DNA of 64,000 nt from a virus: the IMG/VR virus record IMGVR_UViG_3300014834_000367, positions 33,764 through 97,763 of that record, one strand, 5' to 3'. Both the position numbers and the translations under genes were made by a program. How positions within the stretch are numbered: position 1 is the stretch's first letter; each line of letters starts with the position of its first letter. This document shows positions 20,215 through 28,645 of this stretch, in pieces. The notes beneath the pieces were generated by a model. The model saw only the letters and a list, made by a program, of their open reading frames with translations, was not told where the DNA came from and ran no database searches.

Positions 20215-20953
20215 CGAATATTTTTATGGCGTCTGTGAAAGATTAAGTCCAGAGGCACCAGTTCCGGTTTTACGAGTAACTCGCAATTTTTCACTTGATG
20301 GCATGGCCGCAAATGTTTTAAAAAATCTTCAAACACTAGGCCAAGACGTAGAATTTTTTACAGCTTCTGCTGGTCGTAAAACTAGATATCTGGATGAAAG
20401 AAGCGGCCAGCACATAGTTAGAGTTGATGATGATGTTAATTTGACACCATTAGATGGTAAACTTGTTTTTGATAGAATAGCCGATCAATCCTCAAAGATA
20501 GACGCTATTGTTATTTCTGATTACAATAAAGGCTATATTGCGTATGAATTGGTCGAAGAACTAAGAAAACGATTCGCTGGGCCAATTTTCATCGATACCA
20601 AGAAAACAGACCTCAAAAGATTTGAAGGCTGTTATGTTAAAATCAATGAAGTAGAACGTAAAGCAGCAAGTTCTGTACCGGATTCTGGTCTCATTACGAC
20701 TTTAGGAGGAGCAGGCTGTGTTTTTGATGGAGTAACATTTAAAGGTAGAACAGTCGAAGTTGTTGATATTTGCGGTGCCGGCGACACGTTTTTTTCAGCT
20801 CTAGTAGCTAATTTTCTTAATAATACTTATGCAAACTCAATTCATGCCGCAATAGAATTTGCAAATGTCGCAGCAGCAATTTCTGTTAAACATCAGGGCG
20901 TATACGCGCCGTCATATGATGAAATAGAAGAACTTCTTGGGCAGGGGAAGTAA
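20147..20953 (+). CDS. HldE/RfaE domain I-like heptose kinase (PfkB family)
   Basis: RLSPEAPVPV, ISDYNKG, DICGAGDTF. Confidence 0.88.
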   Translation: MTELHTPQLKKSKILLLGESCVDEYFYGVCERLSPEAPVPVLRVTRNFSLDGMAANVLKNLQTLGQDVEFFTASAGRKTRYLDERSGQHIVRVDDDVNLTPLDGKLVFDRIADQSSKIDAIVISDYNKGYIAYELVEELRKRFAGPIFIDTKKTDLKRFEGCYVKINEVERKAASSVPDSGLITTLGGAGCVFDGVTFKGRTVEVVDICGAGDTFFSALVANFLNNTYANSIHAAIEFANVAAAISVKHQGVYAPSYDEIEELLGQGK

Positions 20954-21029
20954 ATTACTTGACTTTTGTTTATCTTTCTAATATTGATGATATAATTGTT
21001 CCTACATATTTTTGACGAGGAATTCTAAG

Positions 21030-21530
21030 TTGAAACGTGCACTTAATTTGAACACTGCGATATCTAGTAATATATCTAACGCCCATGATGGAATTTTTGG
21101 AGACACATCCCGTATAACCGGCGATGTATCACGCATAACTGGAGACACATCCCGTATAACCGGCGATGTATCACGCATAACTGGTGATGTAACCCGCATC
21201 TTCGGCGATGTATCTGGCATTTCGGGTGACGTGTCTGACATCTTTGGCTATGTATCTGGCGTCTCAGGCGACGTATCCTATCTCGCGGGCGATGTATCTG
21301 GCATTTCGGGTGACGTGACCCGTATCTCAGGTTATGCTTGTGGAATCTATGGAGATGTCTCTAATATCTACGGAGATGTATGTTGCATCTTTGGAGATGT
21401 ATCTGGTCTCTCTGGCGATGTAACTGGCGTGTCTGGCAATGCAAGCGGAATTGTTGGCAACATTGACGATTGCGAAATATCTGATGAAGACAGGAAAAAA
21501 GGAATTGACATCAGAAAGCTGCGCGCATAA
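21030..21530 (+). CDS. Heptad-repeat (GDVSxIx) protein, paralogue 1
   Basis: TTG start at 21030 after GAGG gives MKRAL, matching MKRRL of paralogue 2; C-terminal DDCEISDEDRK. Confidence 0.75.
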   Translation: MKRALNLNTAISSNISNAHDGIFGDTSRITGDVSRITGDTSRITGDVSRITGDVTRIFGDVSGISGDVSDIFGYVSGVSGDVSYLAGDVSGISGDVTRISGYACGIYGDVSNIYGDVCCIFGDVSGLSGDVTGVSGNASGIVGNIDDCEISDEDRKKGIDIRKLRA

Positions 21531-21534
21531 AGTT

Positions 21535-21563
21535 GTTTACATTTCTCATATGTATGGTATAAT
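21535..21563 (+). promoter_or_regulatory. Early (sigma70-type) promoter
   Basis: GTTTACA-N16-TATAAT. Confidence 0.65.
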
Positions 21564-21607
21564 ATGTCTATTGACTAATTAACCTGCAACCTGCTTGGGG
21601 ATCTTAA

Positions 21608-22333
21608 ATGAAACGTCGCTTAACTAAAATTAGCTCAAATCAGATTATTGGCATGCATGATGGCATCCATGGTGATGTCTCTAACATCTCTGGTGATGTC
21701 TCCAACATCTCTGGTGATGTCTCTAATATTCGAGGCGATGTCTACGGCATCCACGGCGATGTCTCCGGCATTCGCGGAGATGTCTCCAAAATTCGTGGCT
21801 ATGCCTCCGCCATCTCTGGTGATGTCTCTAATATTCGAGGCGATGTCTACGGCATCCACGGCGATGTCTCCGGCATTCGCGGAGATGTCTCCAAAATTCG
21901 TGGCTATGCCTCCGCCATCTCTGGTGATGTCTCTAATATTCGAGGCGATGTCTACGGCATCCACGGCGATGTCTCCGGCATTCGCGGAGATGTCTCCAAA
22001 ATTCGTGGCTATGCCTCCGCCATCTCTGGCAATGTTTCAGGCATGTATGGGAATGTTTCCAACATCTCCGGTAATGTCTCCAACATCTCTGGCTATGTCA
22101 CCGATATGCGTGGCCATGTCTCCAATATACACGGTGATGTCTCCGATATCTGTGGCGATGTCTCCAATATCCGCGGCGATGTCTCAAACATCTCTGGCGA
22201 TGTCTCTAATATCCGTGGAGATGTCTCTAATATCTGTGGAGATGCAACCGGAATTACTGGCAACATGGATGATTGCGAAATATCTGATGAAGACAGGAAA
22301 AATAGAATTAATATTAACGAACTAATTGCATAA
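21608..22333 (+). CDS. Heptad-repeat (GDVSxIx) protein, paralogue 2
   Basis: About 29 heptads and the same C-terminal DDCEISDEDRK. Confidence 0.8.
   Translation: MKRRLTKISSNQIIGMHDGIHGDVSNISGDVSNISGDVSNIRGDVYGIHGDVSGIRGDVSKIRGYASAISGDVSNIRGDVYGIHGDVSGIRGDVSKIRGYASAISGDVSNIRGDVYGIHGDVSGIRGDVSKIRGYASAISGNVSGMYGNVSNISGNVSNISGYVTDMRGHVSNIHGDVSDICGDVSNIRGDVSNISGDVSNIRGDVSNICGDATGITGNMDDCEISDEDRKNRININELIA
21706..22020 (+). repeat. Three exact 105-bp tandem copies nested in a 21-bp degenerate repeat
   Basis: catctctggtgatgtctctaatattcgagg... starts at 21706, 21811 and 21916. Confidence 0.92.
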
Positions 22334-22393
22334 AGTTGTTTACAATTCATACACTCCGTAATACAATCATCCTATAAATTTTAGGAGCCAAAC

Positions 22394-22750
22394 ATGCGTT
22401 GGAGTTTATTTCTAGATGATATTAGACATCCAAAAACGCGAAGCCCATATGGCGGATGGGTGGTTGCTAGAAGCTTCGATGAAGCAATTGTCGCTATAGT
22501 TACATTAGGCGCCCCGTCTTTCATATCATTCGATCATGACCTTGGCGAAGATGTTCCAACTGGAATGGATCTAGCAAAATGGTTGGTTGAAAATGATATG
22601 GATAGGACAATCAATCTTCACAATGATTTTTCATTTGCAGTACATTCAGCAAATCCTGTTGGTGCGGCTAATATAGAAGGTCTGCTTAAACAGTACTTAC
22701 GAGTTAAACACGTAAACACCATCCATGGAACACCACACAAAAAGCCATGA
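22394..22750 (+). CDS. Cyclic-phosphate-processing receiver-domain protein
   Basis: LFLDDIRHP, ISFDHDLG, TG.DLAKWL, HSANPVG. Confidence 0.75.
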   Translation: MRWSLFLDDIRHPKTRSPYGGWVVARSFDEAIVAIVTLGAPSFISFDHDLGEDVPTGMDLAKWLVENDMDRTINLHNDFSFAVHSANPVGAANIEGLLKQYLRVKHVNTIHGTPHKKP

Positions 22751-23142
22751 CAATAATTTATACCGATACGCGAAAAAAATTAACAAAAAAGCAACAGGCG
22801 AAAGCCAAACAAGCTTTTGATAAATATCAACTTGAGTTTTGCAAAAAGGTTGGTTTAAATGTTGAACAGCTCAAAACAAAACAAAAATTTAAACCAATTG
22901 ACACGTACTCCTTATCATATCGTGGTCAACACGATAAAAAGGTATCTATAGATTCTGGAATTGGAATTGCTGCGAAAAGATCCATCATGGATCCAATGGT
23001 GTTACAGCGTGAGAAACCAGAAATTGTTGAAGCTATTAAACAGAAGGCAATGCGCACCGCGCCCCTCTTTAATAAAGGTGGATTGCAGTACATCTCTGAT
23101 GGTGAAGATTTAACCTCAATTGGAAAAAAGGTGGTAAGATAA
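22747..23142 (+). CDS. Basic hypothetical phage protein
   Basis: Translationally coupled ORF; C-terminal APLFNKGGLQY. Confidence 0.6.
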   Translation: MTIIYTDTRKKLTKKQQAKAKQAFDKYQLEFCKKVGLNVEQLKTKQKFKPIDTYSLSYRGQHDKKVSIDSGIGIAAKRSIMDPMVLQREKPEIVEAIKQKAMRTAPLFNKGGLQYISDGEDLTSIGKKVVR

Positions 23143-23984
23143 TGGCTAAATTTTTAATGGCGTGGAATCGCGAATTCCAGGTACAAAGTGAAATCAATCC
23201 TTGGATGGTCGGCAATAAACAACAAGTTAATCCGATTGTTGCAGCTACACAATGGGAACAACTTGTTTCAACGCTTTATGATTGCGGCGCACAGATTTCT
23301 TTTATGAATTTTGCAGATAAAAGTATTCCAGATATCGTGTTCACCGCAAATGCCGCTGTTGTCGTCAACAAAAAAGTTTTAATTGCAAACTTTAGACATC
23401 CCGAACGGAAGAGGGAACAAGGGTATAATTTTAATCATTTTTCAAATGGCATGTTGCTCGAATATAAAGCAATCACGGTGCCTCAAAAACACATTAGTTT
23501 TGAAGGCGCTGGCGACGCGCTATTAGACAATAAAGGTCGACTTTTCATGGGCTTTGGCTTTAGGTCAACACTTGGCGCAAAGCAAGAACTTGAACTCGCC
23601 TTCCCTGAAGTTTTAGTTAGGCCACTCCAGCTTGTTGATCCACGCTTCTACCATTTAGATACTTGCTTCTGCCCTCTTGAAGGAGCCAATGGAGAGACAG
23701 CAGTCATGTACTATCCTGGCGCTTTTGATGAATATGGCAATTATGTAATTCACAATTGCTTCGATAACATCATCGAGTTAACCGAAGATGAAGCAACGGT
23801 TTTCACTTGCAACGCAGTTCAGGTAAAACAGAATATTGTGTTAAGCGAATGTTCTCAACGGGTTGAAAATGAACTTGCCAAATTTGGCCTTAAAGTACGA
23901 CGTACGCCTTTAAGTGAATTCATGAAGTCTGGCGGTCAAGCGAAATGTTTAACGCTGAGAATTGATCAGATGTTCTCAGAGTAA
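23142..23984 (+). CDS. Amidinotransferase / DDAH-family (arginine dihydrolase-like) enzyme
   Basis: INPWM, PDIVFTANA, FEGAGD, FYHLDTCF, EFMKSGG.AKCLT. Confidence 0.88.
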   Translation: MAKFLMAWNREFQVQSEINPWMVGNKQQVNPIVAATQWEQLVSTLYDCGAQISFMNFADKSIPDIVFTANAAVVVNKKVLIANFRHPERKREQGYNFNHFSNGMLLEYKAITVPQKHISFEGAGDALLDNKGRLFMGFGFRSTLGAKQELELAFPEVLVRPLQLVDPRFYHLDTCFCPLEGANGETAVMYYPGAFDEYGNYVIHNCFDNIIELTEDEATVFTCNAVQVKQNIVLSECSQRVENELAKFGLKVRRTPLSEFMKSGGQAKCLTLRIDQMFSE

Positions 23985-24120
23985 ATAGGAACGCAGCTCC
24001 ACTATGGTTTGAGGCCTGGTCATAGCCAGCGTAGCGAATATGGCGACACAAGTTAGGGAGCTTTTACTTTTCTCCATAAAAATGTTATAATCTTTTTATG
24101 GATCCTATTAGGAGATATTA

Positions 24121-24489
24121 ATGAAGATGAAAGGAATTTCAGAAGCACGTGCAGTTGAATATTCATTCACTGTTAAAGAGTGGGATGGCAATGAACCAGA
24201 TGACGACACATATCTCGAACCATTTGATGTTGAAGTCACATATGAGGTAGAAGACCTAACCACAGCTCATCCATATGGCGAAGGTTCTGCTGTTGAAAGA
24301 ATTTATGATCTTGGCGTAATTAGTATGGAAACGGTAGACCCAGTGAGTTTGTTTGATGCTGACACTGAAGAAGTCATTGAAGTTTTCCCGGCAGGCACAG
24401 ATGTTCGTAAAATTCCTGGCTGGACGGATGACCATGAGGAATGGTTCTATGACGCCGCTGTAGAACATTACGAAAAACATGGACGATAA
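24121..24489 (+). CDS. Highly acidic hypothetical protein
   Basis: Promoter-like sequence and GGAG RBS upstream; D/E-rich. Confidence 0.65.
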   Translation: MKMKGISEARAVEYSFTVKEWDGNEPDDDTYLEPFDVEVTYEVEDLTTAHPYGEGSAVERIYDLGVISMETVDPVSLFDADTEEVIEVFPAGTDVRKIPGWTDDHEEWFYDAAVEHYEKHGR

Positions 24490-24631
24490 TTTTTTCATTG
24501 AACATGATACATGTTTTGAAATTAAAAATTACACGCCTATTATAGAGAAAGACGATAAAGGAAATATCATAAGTATGATTTGTTGTCCTTACATACCTAA
24601 GATATTTCCTGATGATCATGAAGCAAAGTGA
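24479..24631 (+). CDS. Small hypothetical protein (50 aa) ending inside a tmRNA remnant
   Basis: MDDNFFIEHD...DHEAK*, read by hand; overlaps the upstream stop. Confidence 0.4.
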   Translation: MDDNFFIEHDTCFEIKNYTPIIEKDDKGNIISMICCPYIPKIFPDDHEAK

Positions 24632-24673
24632 AAAGTGTTCTGGACGTGGGTTCAACTCCGCCCGGCTTCACCA
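24612..24673 (+). pseudogene. Degenerate copy of the tmRNA acceptor piece
   Basis: atgaagcaaagtgaaaagtgttctggacgtgggttcaactccgcccggcttcacca closely matches 25247-25302. Confidence 0.8.
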
Positions 24674-24682
24674 TAAGGAAGT

Positions 24683-24889
24683 GTGATGACTATAGACGAT
24701 CTGAAATATATTTTTAAGGCACAGCTTGATTCAGATATTCCTGATGTTTTATTGTGGTTTATGTTGACCGACGGTGAGCATAATCTAATAGAACGACATT
24801 CATCTGATGACTTAGAAGGTCTATTGCCCATGTTGAGTAGTTTCCAATATGTAGGCAAAGCGGCTGATGTTCCAAGATTCGTCAAGTAA
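24683..24889 (+). CDS. Small protein inside tmRNA-remnant intervening segment 1
   Basis: AAGGA RBS directly after the CCA; 68 aa. Confidence 0.6.
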   Translation: MMTIDDLKYIFKAQLDSDIPDVLLWFMLTDGEHNLIERHSSDDLEGLLPMLSSFQYVGKAADVPRFVK

Positions 24890-24903
24890 GTTTTTCTTAT
24901 GAT

Positions 24904-24940
24904 GGGTCAGTCATGGTTTCGACTCCCGCCATCTCCACCA
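24904..24940 (+). pseudogene. Fused tmRNA 5' end and 3' end remnant
   Basis: GGGTCAGTCATGGTTTCGAC joined through TTCGAC to TCCCGCCATCTCCACCA. Confidence 0.7.
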
Positions 24941-24952
24941 TAAGGAAGTATA

Positions 24953-25132
24953 ATGAATTGTCCAAAATGCGGAACTGAAATGAAGTTGGGTAGGGCTATA
25001 GATCCAATTGAGGAATCAAATTGTCATTATTTTGCTCCTCAACCTTTGATTAACAGTGAAACGTTACGACTCATTGATGTTCTAAAATGCCCTAAATGTG
25101 GGCATTCAGATGACGAATTAAATTCTTTATGA
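24953..25132 (+). CDS. Zinc-ribbon protein (59 aa) inside tmRNA-remnant intervening segment 2
   Basis: MNCPKCG...CPKCGH; AAGGA RBS directly after the CCA. Confidence 0.7.
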   Translation: MNCPKCGTEMKLGRAIDPIEESNCHYFAPQPLINSETLRLIDVLKCPKCGHSDDELNSL

Positions 25133-25238
25133 TGCGCCTGTCATGGTTTCGACATGACAAAGTGCAATAGCGCGCCATAACCCTCGATAAGCTGGGAAAC
25201 GAAGCTTCAGATGCATTTTATTTTTAATAAATAAGTTT

Positions 25239-25563
25239 ATGGTCGTATGAAGCAAAGAGAAAAGTGTTGCGGACGGCGGTTCGATTCCGCCCGGGTCCAC
25301 CATAAAACACACTAACAAAATGGGTTCAATTCCCTGCTATTTAGTGTGGGTCACGGAAGCTAGTGTGTTTTATAATGGGCCTGACCAGGTTTCGACGGAG
25401 CAAAGAGTATCTGAGTGGACGATTCGGCAATGCGAAAGCCGTTAGGGTTGGGGTCACCCGGCCGAAGAAGCAAAAACCGTAGAAGCAAACGACTCTACAT
25501 TCGCTCTCGCCGCGTAAGTGGCAAGCTGAGGCTTACTGAAAGCCAAGAAACAGAAAAATCAGT
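25239..25563 (+). ncRNA. ssrA: Circularly permuted (two-piece) tmRNA
   Basis: Acceptor piece ends GGTTCGATTCCGCCCGGGTCCACCA (25302). IVS 25303-25376 is closed by a 13-bp inverted repeat. Coding piece starts GGGCCTG (25377), giving a G3:U70 pair. Tag ANDSTFALAA* at 25485-25517. Confidence 0.92.
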
Positions 25564-25590
25564 ACGGGACCGCAAGCGGTCCCGTTTTAT
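25564..25590 (+). terminator. Intrinsic terminator after tmRNA
   Basis: acgggaccgcaagcggtcccgt followed by a T run. Confidence 0.85.
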
Positions 25591-25604
25591 TTTAGCAGAC
25601 ATGA

Positions 25605-25633
25605 TTTACAACAAGCAAAAAGTAGTGTATAAT
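25605..25633 (+). promoter_or_regulatory. Early promoter
   Basis: TTTACA-N17-TATAAT. Confidence 0.65.
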
Positions 25634-25662
25634 AATCATATACAAACTCATTGGGATTAATC

Positions 25663-26121
25663 ATGCTTAAGATTCTTGCAGCGTTCTTGATGATCTATGC
25701 AATGACAACTGCCGTGGCAGCAGCAGAGACTTATCATAGGAATGATGTTAGATTATACGCCGAATCAGCATATTTGTCTGCTTGTACTATTCTCCTTAAG
25801 AGATTTGAACCAAGCAATTCAGACACTATCGTAAATGAATCATGCGTTTCTAGATTGTTCAATTCACCAGAAGAATTAAAAGCTGGAATTTTTAAAGATG
25901 CCACAGAATCTTCCGAAGGACCATTCACCGTAATTCAGGCAACAAATGTCGCGCGCTTTTACTTCGCTTTCGCTTGTGTAGATTTAGTAATGGTCGCAAA
26001 TGAAAAAGAATACCAACAAAATAAAGCCAGTTATGATGATCAGTGCGCAGATATGGCCATGAAGATGGTTGGCGAAAATACCACAGTTAAATGGTTCAAT
26101 AAACGTAAAGGATCATTATGA
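25663..26121 (+). CDS. Exported four-Cys protein
   Basis: Signal peptide MLKILAAFLMIYAMTTAVAAA; four Cys in two internal repeats. Confidence 0.6.
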   Translation: MLKILAAFLMIYAMTTAVAAAETYHRNDVRLYAESAYLSACTILLKRFEPSNSDTIVNESCVSRLFNSPEELKAGIFKDATESSEGPFTVIQATNVARFYFAFACVDLVMVANEKEYQQNKASYDDQCADMAMKMVGENTTVKWFNKRKGSL

Positions 26122-26615
26122 TTAAGAAAGCTTTAACGGCTGTAGTTTTAAGTTTGTCATTGTTGGTAAACAACGCCGTTCGTGCTGATGGAGGTTTTCA
26201 GCCTGAAAGTATATTATACTCTGAAGCAATCGCAAAGGAATTTGGAATTGCAAATGTAATTTTTGGCTGTGCTGTAGTTAGAAATAAGTTCTATTCAGAT
26301 ATGTATAAACAGGATACTTTCAAAACGTGTGTTGAAGATGTTAATGCATTGCCGAATGAAATGAAAGAAAATATTTTTTCAAAATTACATATTAAAAAGA
26401 ACACAAATCCGCCATGGTATTCAATGCATGATATGCTGATCATAGGAAAATTCCATTACATTTTAGGTTGTTATAGCGCTCACACTACTGCGCTACCAGA
26501 AAATGACTTAAATAAAACGGCATTGATAAAACAGTGCACTCGATTATCAGATATGGTTACACCAACTTTGATTCATAATTTTGGCATGCAACAAAAAACA
26601 AAGAAAACAACGTAG
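26118..26615 (+). CDS. Exported four-Cys protein, probable paralogue of the upstream gene
   Basis: Signal peptide and similar Cys spacing. Confidence 0.6.
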   Translation: MIKKALTAVVLSLSLLVNNAVRADGGFQPESILYSEAIAKEFGIANVIFGCAVVRNKFYSDMYKQDTFKTCVEDVNALPNEMKENIFSKLHIKKNTNPPWYSMHDMLIIGKFHYILGCYSAHTTALPENDLNKTALIKQCTRLSDMVTPTLIHNFGMQQKTKKTT

Positions 26616-26624
26616 GAATATAAA

Positions 26625-27386
26625 ATGGAAAAATTTGGAATTATTCAGAGCCGCGGCCTTGGAGATATTGTTATTGCTCTGCCTATTGCCCATCACTTTC
26701 ACACTGTAGAAAATAAAGAGGTGTATTGGCCAATCTGTGAAGAATTTATTCCAGCAGTTGAGAAACATGTTCCTTGGGTAAATTGGTTATCAGTAAAAAC
26801 TGATAAGACCGGACTCTTCTTTTCCAAAGAGCCACTTAGATTACTTCAGGCCGCTGGCGTATCTGACATGATTTGCCTGTATCAAGCATTAACTAATATG
26901 CCTGAGTTGAAACAAGAGCCATCATTCCAATACATGAAATTTGATCAGTCTAAATATAATAGAGCCGGGATTCCTTTTCTCAATAAGTGGAAGCTTGCAA
27001 AATGCATCTCACGAGATCTAGAGGTCGAACAAGCCGTTTGCAAGAAATTAACTAACGGCAAGCCATATGTGGTAGCCCATTTGGAGGGTTCTGATTATTC
27101 TGCAAATATTGATTTAAGTCATGTCATTCAACAGGGCTATGAATTAATTAAATTAACAAAAGACACAGTATCATCTCCATTTGATGCCATCTCGCTGCTT
27201 GAAGGGGCAGAGGCATTATTTTTACTCGACAGTGTTTATGCAAATATGGTTGATCAGCTTCAGATTGATGTTGATAAGTATTTTATTCCTAGATCTCATA
27301 TCCAATTAACTCCAGTTCTTGGATCAGATTGGACAATTTTAGAGCCAGAACAAATTATCAAACAACGCACAACTATTTTTGGGTAA
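26625..27386 (+). CDS. GT9-like glycosyltransferase
   Basis: RGLGDIVIALP and a C-terminal DS motif. Confidence 0.65.
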   Translation: MEKFGIIQSRGLGDIVIALPIAHHFHTVENKEVYWPICEEFIPAVEKHVPWVNWLSVKTDKTGLFFSKEPLRLLQAAGVSDMICLYQALTNMPELKQEPSFQYMKFDQSKYNRAGIPFLNKWKLAKCISRDLEVEQAVCKKLTNGKPYVVAHLEGSDYSANIDLSHVIQQGYELIKLTKDTVSSPFDAISLLEGAEALFLLDSVYANMVDQLQIDVDKYFIPRSHIQLTPVLGSDWTILEPEQIIKQRTTIFG

Positions 27387-27390
27387 AACT

Positions 27391-28587
27391 ATGAAAATCG
27401 CAATCATCGGCGCGGGGTTAGCCGGCATGTTGCCAGCGTATTATTTAGCAAAGTCTGGGCATAAAGTTACGATCTTTGATCAGGAACGTTATGCGGCGAT
27501 GCGAACAAGCTTCGCAAATGGCGGGCAAATGTCCGTTAGCAACAGCGAAGTTTGGACAACTTGGGCAAATGTCGGAAAGGGCCTAAAATGGCTGGCACAA
27601 AAAGATGCGCCTCTTCTGATTAGGCCGTCTCTCGATCCAGAAAAATTTGCTTGGCTTTTTAAATTCATATTATCTACTGCTCGAGGCGACGCCGAAAAAC
27701 GCACGCTTGAGACCATTAAATTAGGAATTGAAAGTCGTGAATTATACAGCTGTATTGCCTCCGAAGAAGAAATTTCTTTTTCACAGAGCAACTGCGGTAT
27801 CATGCACGTTTATTGGGATAAAGCACAACTTGAAGCAAGTGAAAAAATACAACCACTTTTTGAGAATGCTGGCTGCGGCTGGGAAATTATTAATAGGGCC
27901 AGAATAGCTAGAGTAGCAGAAATAGAACCAACACTGGCCAACCGTTCAGTTTTCATGGCAGGTGCAGCCTGGACGCCAGATGACAGCGTTGGTGACGCGC
28001 ATCAATTCTGTGTACAACTTTTAAGTGTTTTAAAGAAAAAGTATAATGTTTATTTTTCTCATGAATTGTTATCACCCAAAAAATTAAAAGAACTGATTTC
28101 AGAATTTGACACTGTAGTTGTAGCAGCAGGAGTGGGATCTCCAAAATTAGCCAAATCTATTGGTGATAATTTGCCAATTTATCCAGTAAAGGGTTATAGC
28201 ATAACAGTGTCTATGCCTGAAGATAAAGCAAATACATTATTTCCAAAAGTAAGTATTCTTGATGATAAGGCAAAAATCGTGACCAGCACGCTTGGCAACC
28301 GCCTTCGCGTCGCCGGAACAGCAGAATTAGCTGGTCATAATTATGACATTACCCGCAGTAGAATCGAGCCATTGCTTAAATGGGTTCATGCCACGCTGCC
28401 AAAAGTTGAAACAAGAGAATATTCGCAATGGGCATGTTTAAGGCCAATGACGCCAGACATGATGCCTATAGTTAAACAATCTAAGAAAAATCCAAAAGTA
28501 TTTTACCACACGGGCCATGGCCATTTAGGATTTACATTATCACCAGCTACTGCACAACACTTAGCAAAGATGATTGAACAAGTATAA
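27391..28587 (+). CDS. dadA: D-amino acid dehydrogenase
   Basis: IIGAGLAG, TSFANGGQ, IYPVKGYS, RVAGTAE, WACLRPMTPD, TGHGHLG. Confidence 0.9.
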   Translation: MKIAIIGAGLAGMLPAYYLAKSGHKVTIFDQERYAAMRTSFANGGQMSVSNSEVWTTWANVGKGLKWLAQKDAPLLIRPSLDPEKFAWLFKFILSTARGDAEKRTLETIKLGIESRELYSCIASEEEISFSQSNCGIMHVYWDKAQLEASEKIQPLFENAGCGWEIINRARIARVAEIEPTLANRSVFMAGAAWTPDDSVGDAHQFCVQLLSVLKKKYNVYFSHELLSPKKLKELISEFDTVVVAAGVGSPKLAKSIGDNLPIYPVKGYSITVSMPEDKANTLFPKVSILDDKAKIVTSTLGNRLRVAGTAELAGHNYDITRSRIEPLLKWVHATLPKVETREYSQWACLRPMTPDMMPIVKQSKKNPKVFYHTGHGHLGFTLSPATAQHLAKMIEQV

Positions 28588-28645
28588 AAACGCTCTCGCT
28601 ATAATAAATAATCTTTATTAAATCAACCTAATTGGGATAAAGATT

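Noticed and set aside
21080-22260. 21-bp repeats as a CRISPR array or DGR template/variable pair
   Set aside because: The repeats are contiguous and in-frame with no spacers. No cas or reverse transcriptase gene is in the window, and the differences are not clearly adenine-restricted.
21635-22325. Alternative-frame and reverse ORFs over the heptad repeats
   Set aside because: They are open only because the repeat lacks stops. The 21608 frame has the RBS and the caps shared with the paralogue.
24612-25302. tmRNA 3'-end duplications as att sites of an integrated element
   Set aside because: No integrase is in the window, and both 5' and 3' tmRNA ends are duplicated around single small ORFs. 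Not fully excluded.
25127-25660. ORFs 25127-25318 (-) and 25415-25660 (+)
   Set aside because: They are shadows of the tmRNA gene.
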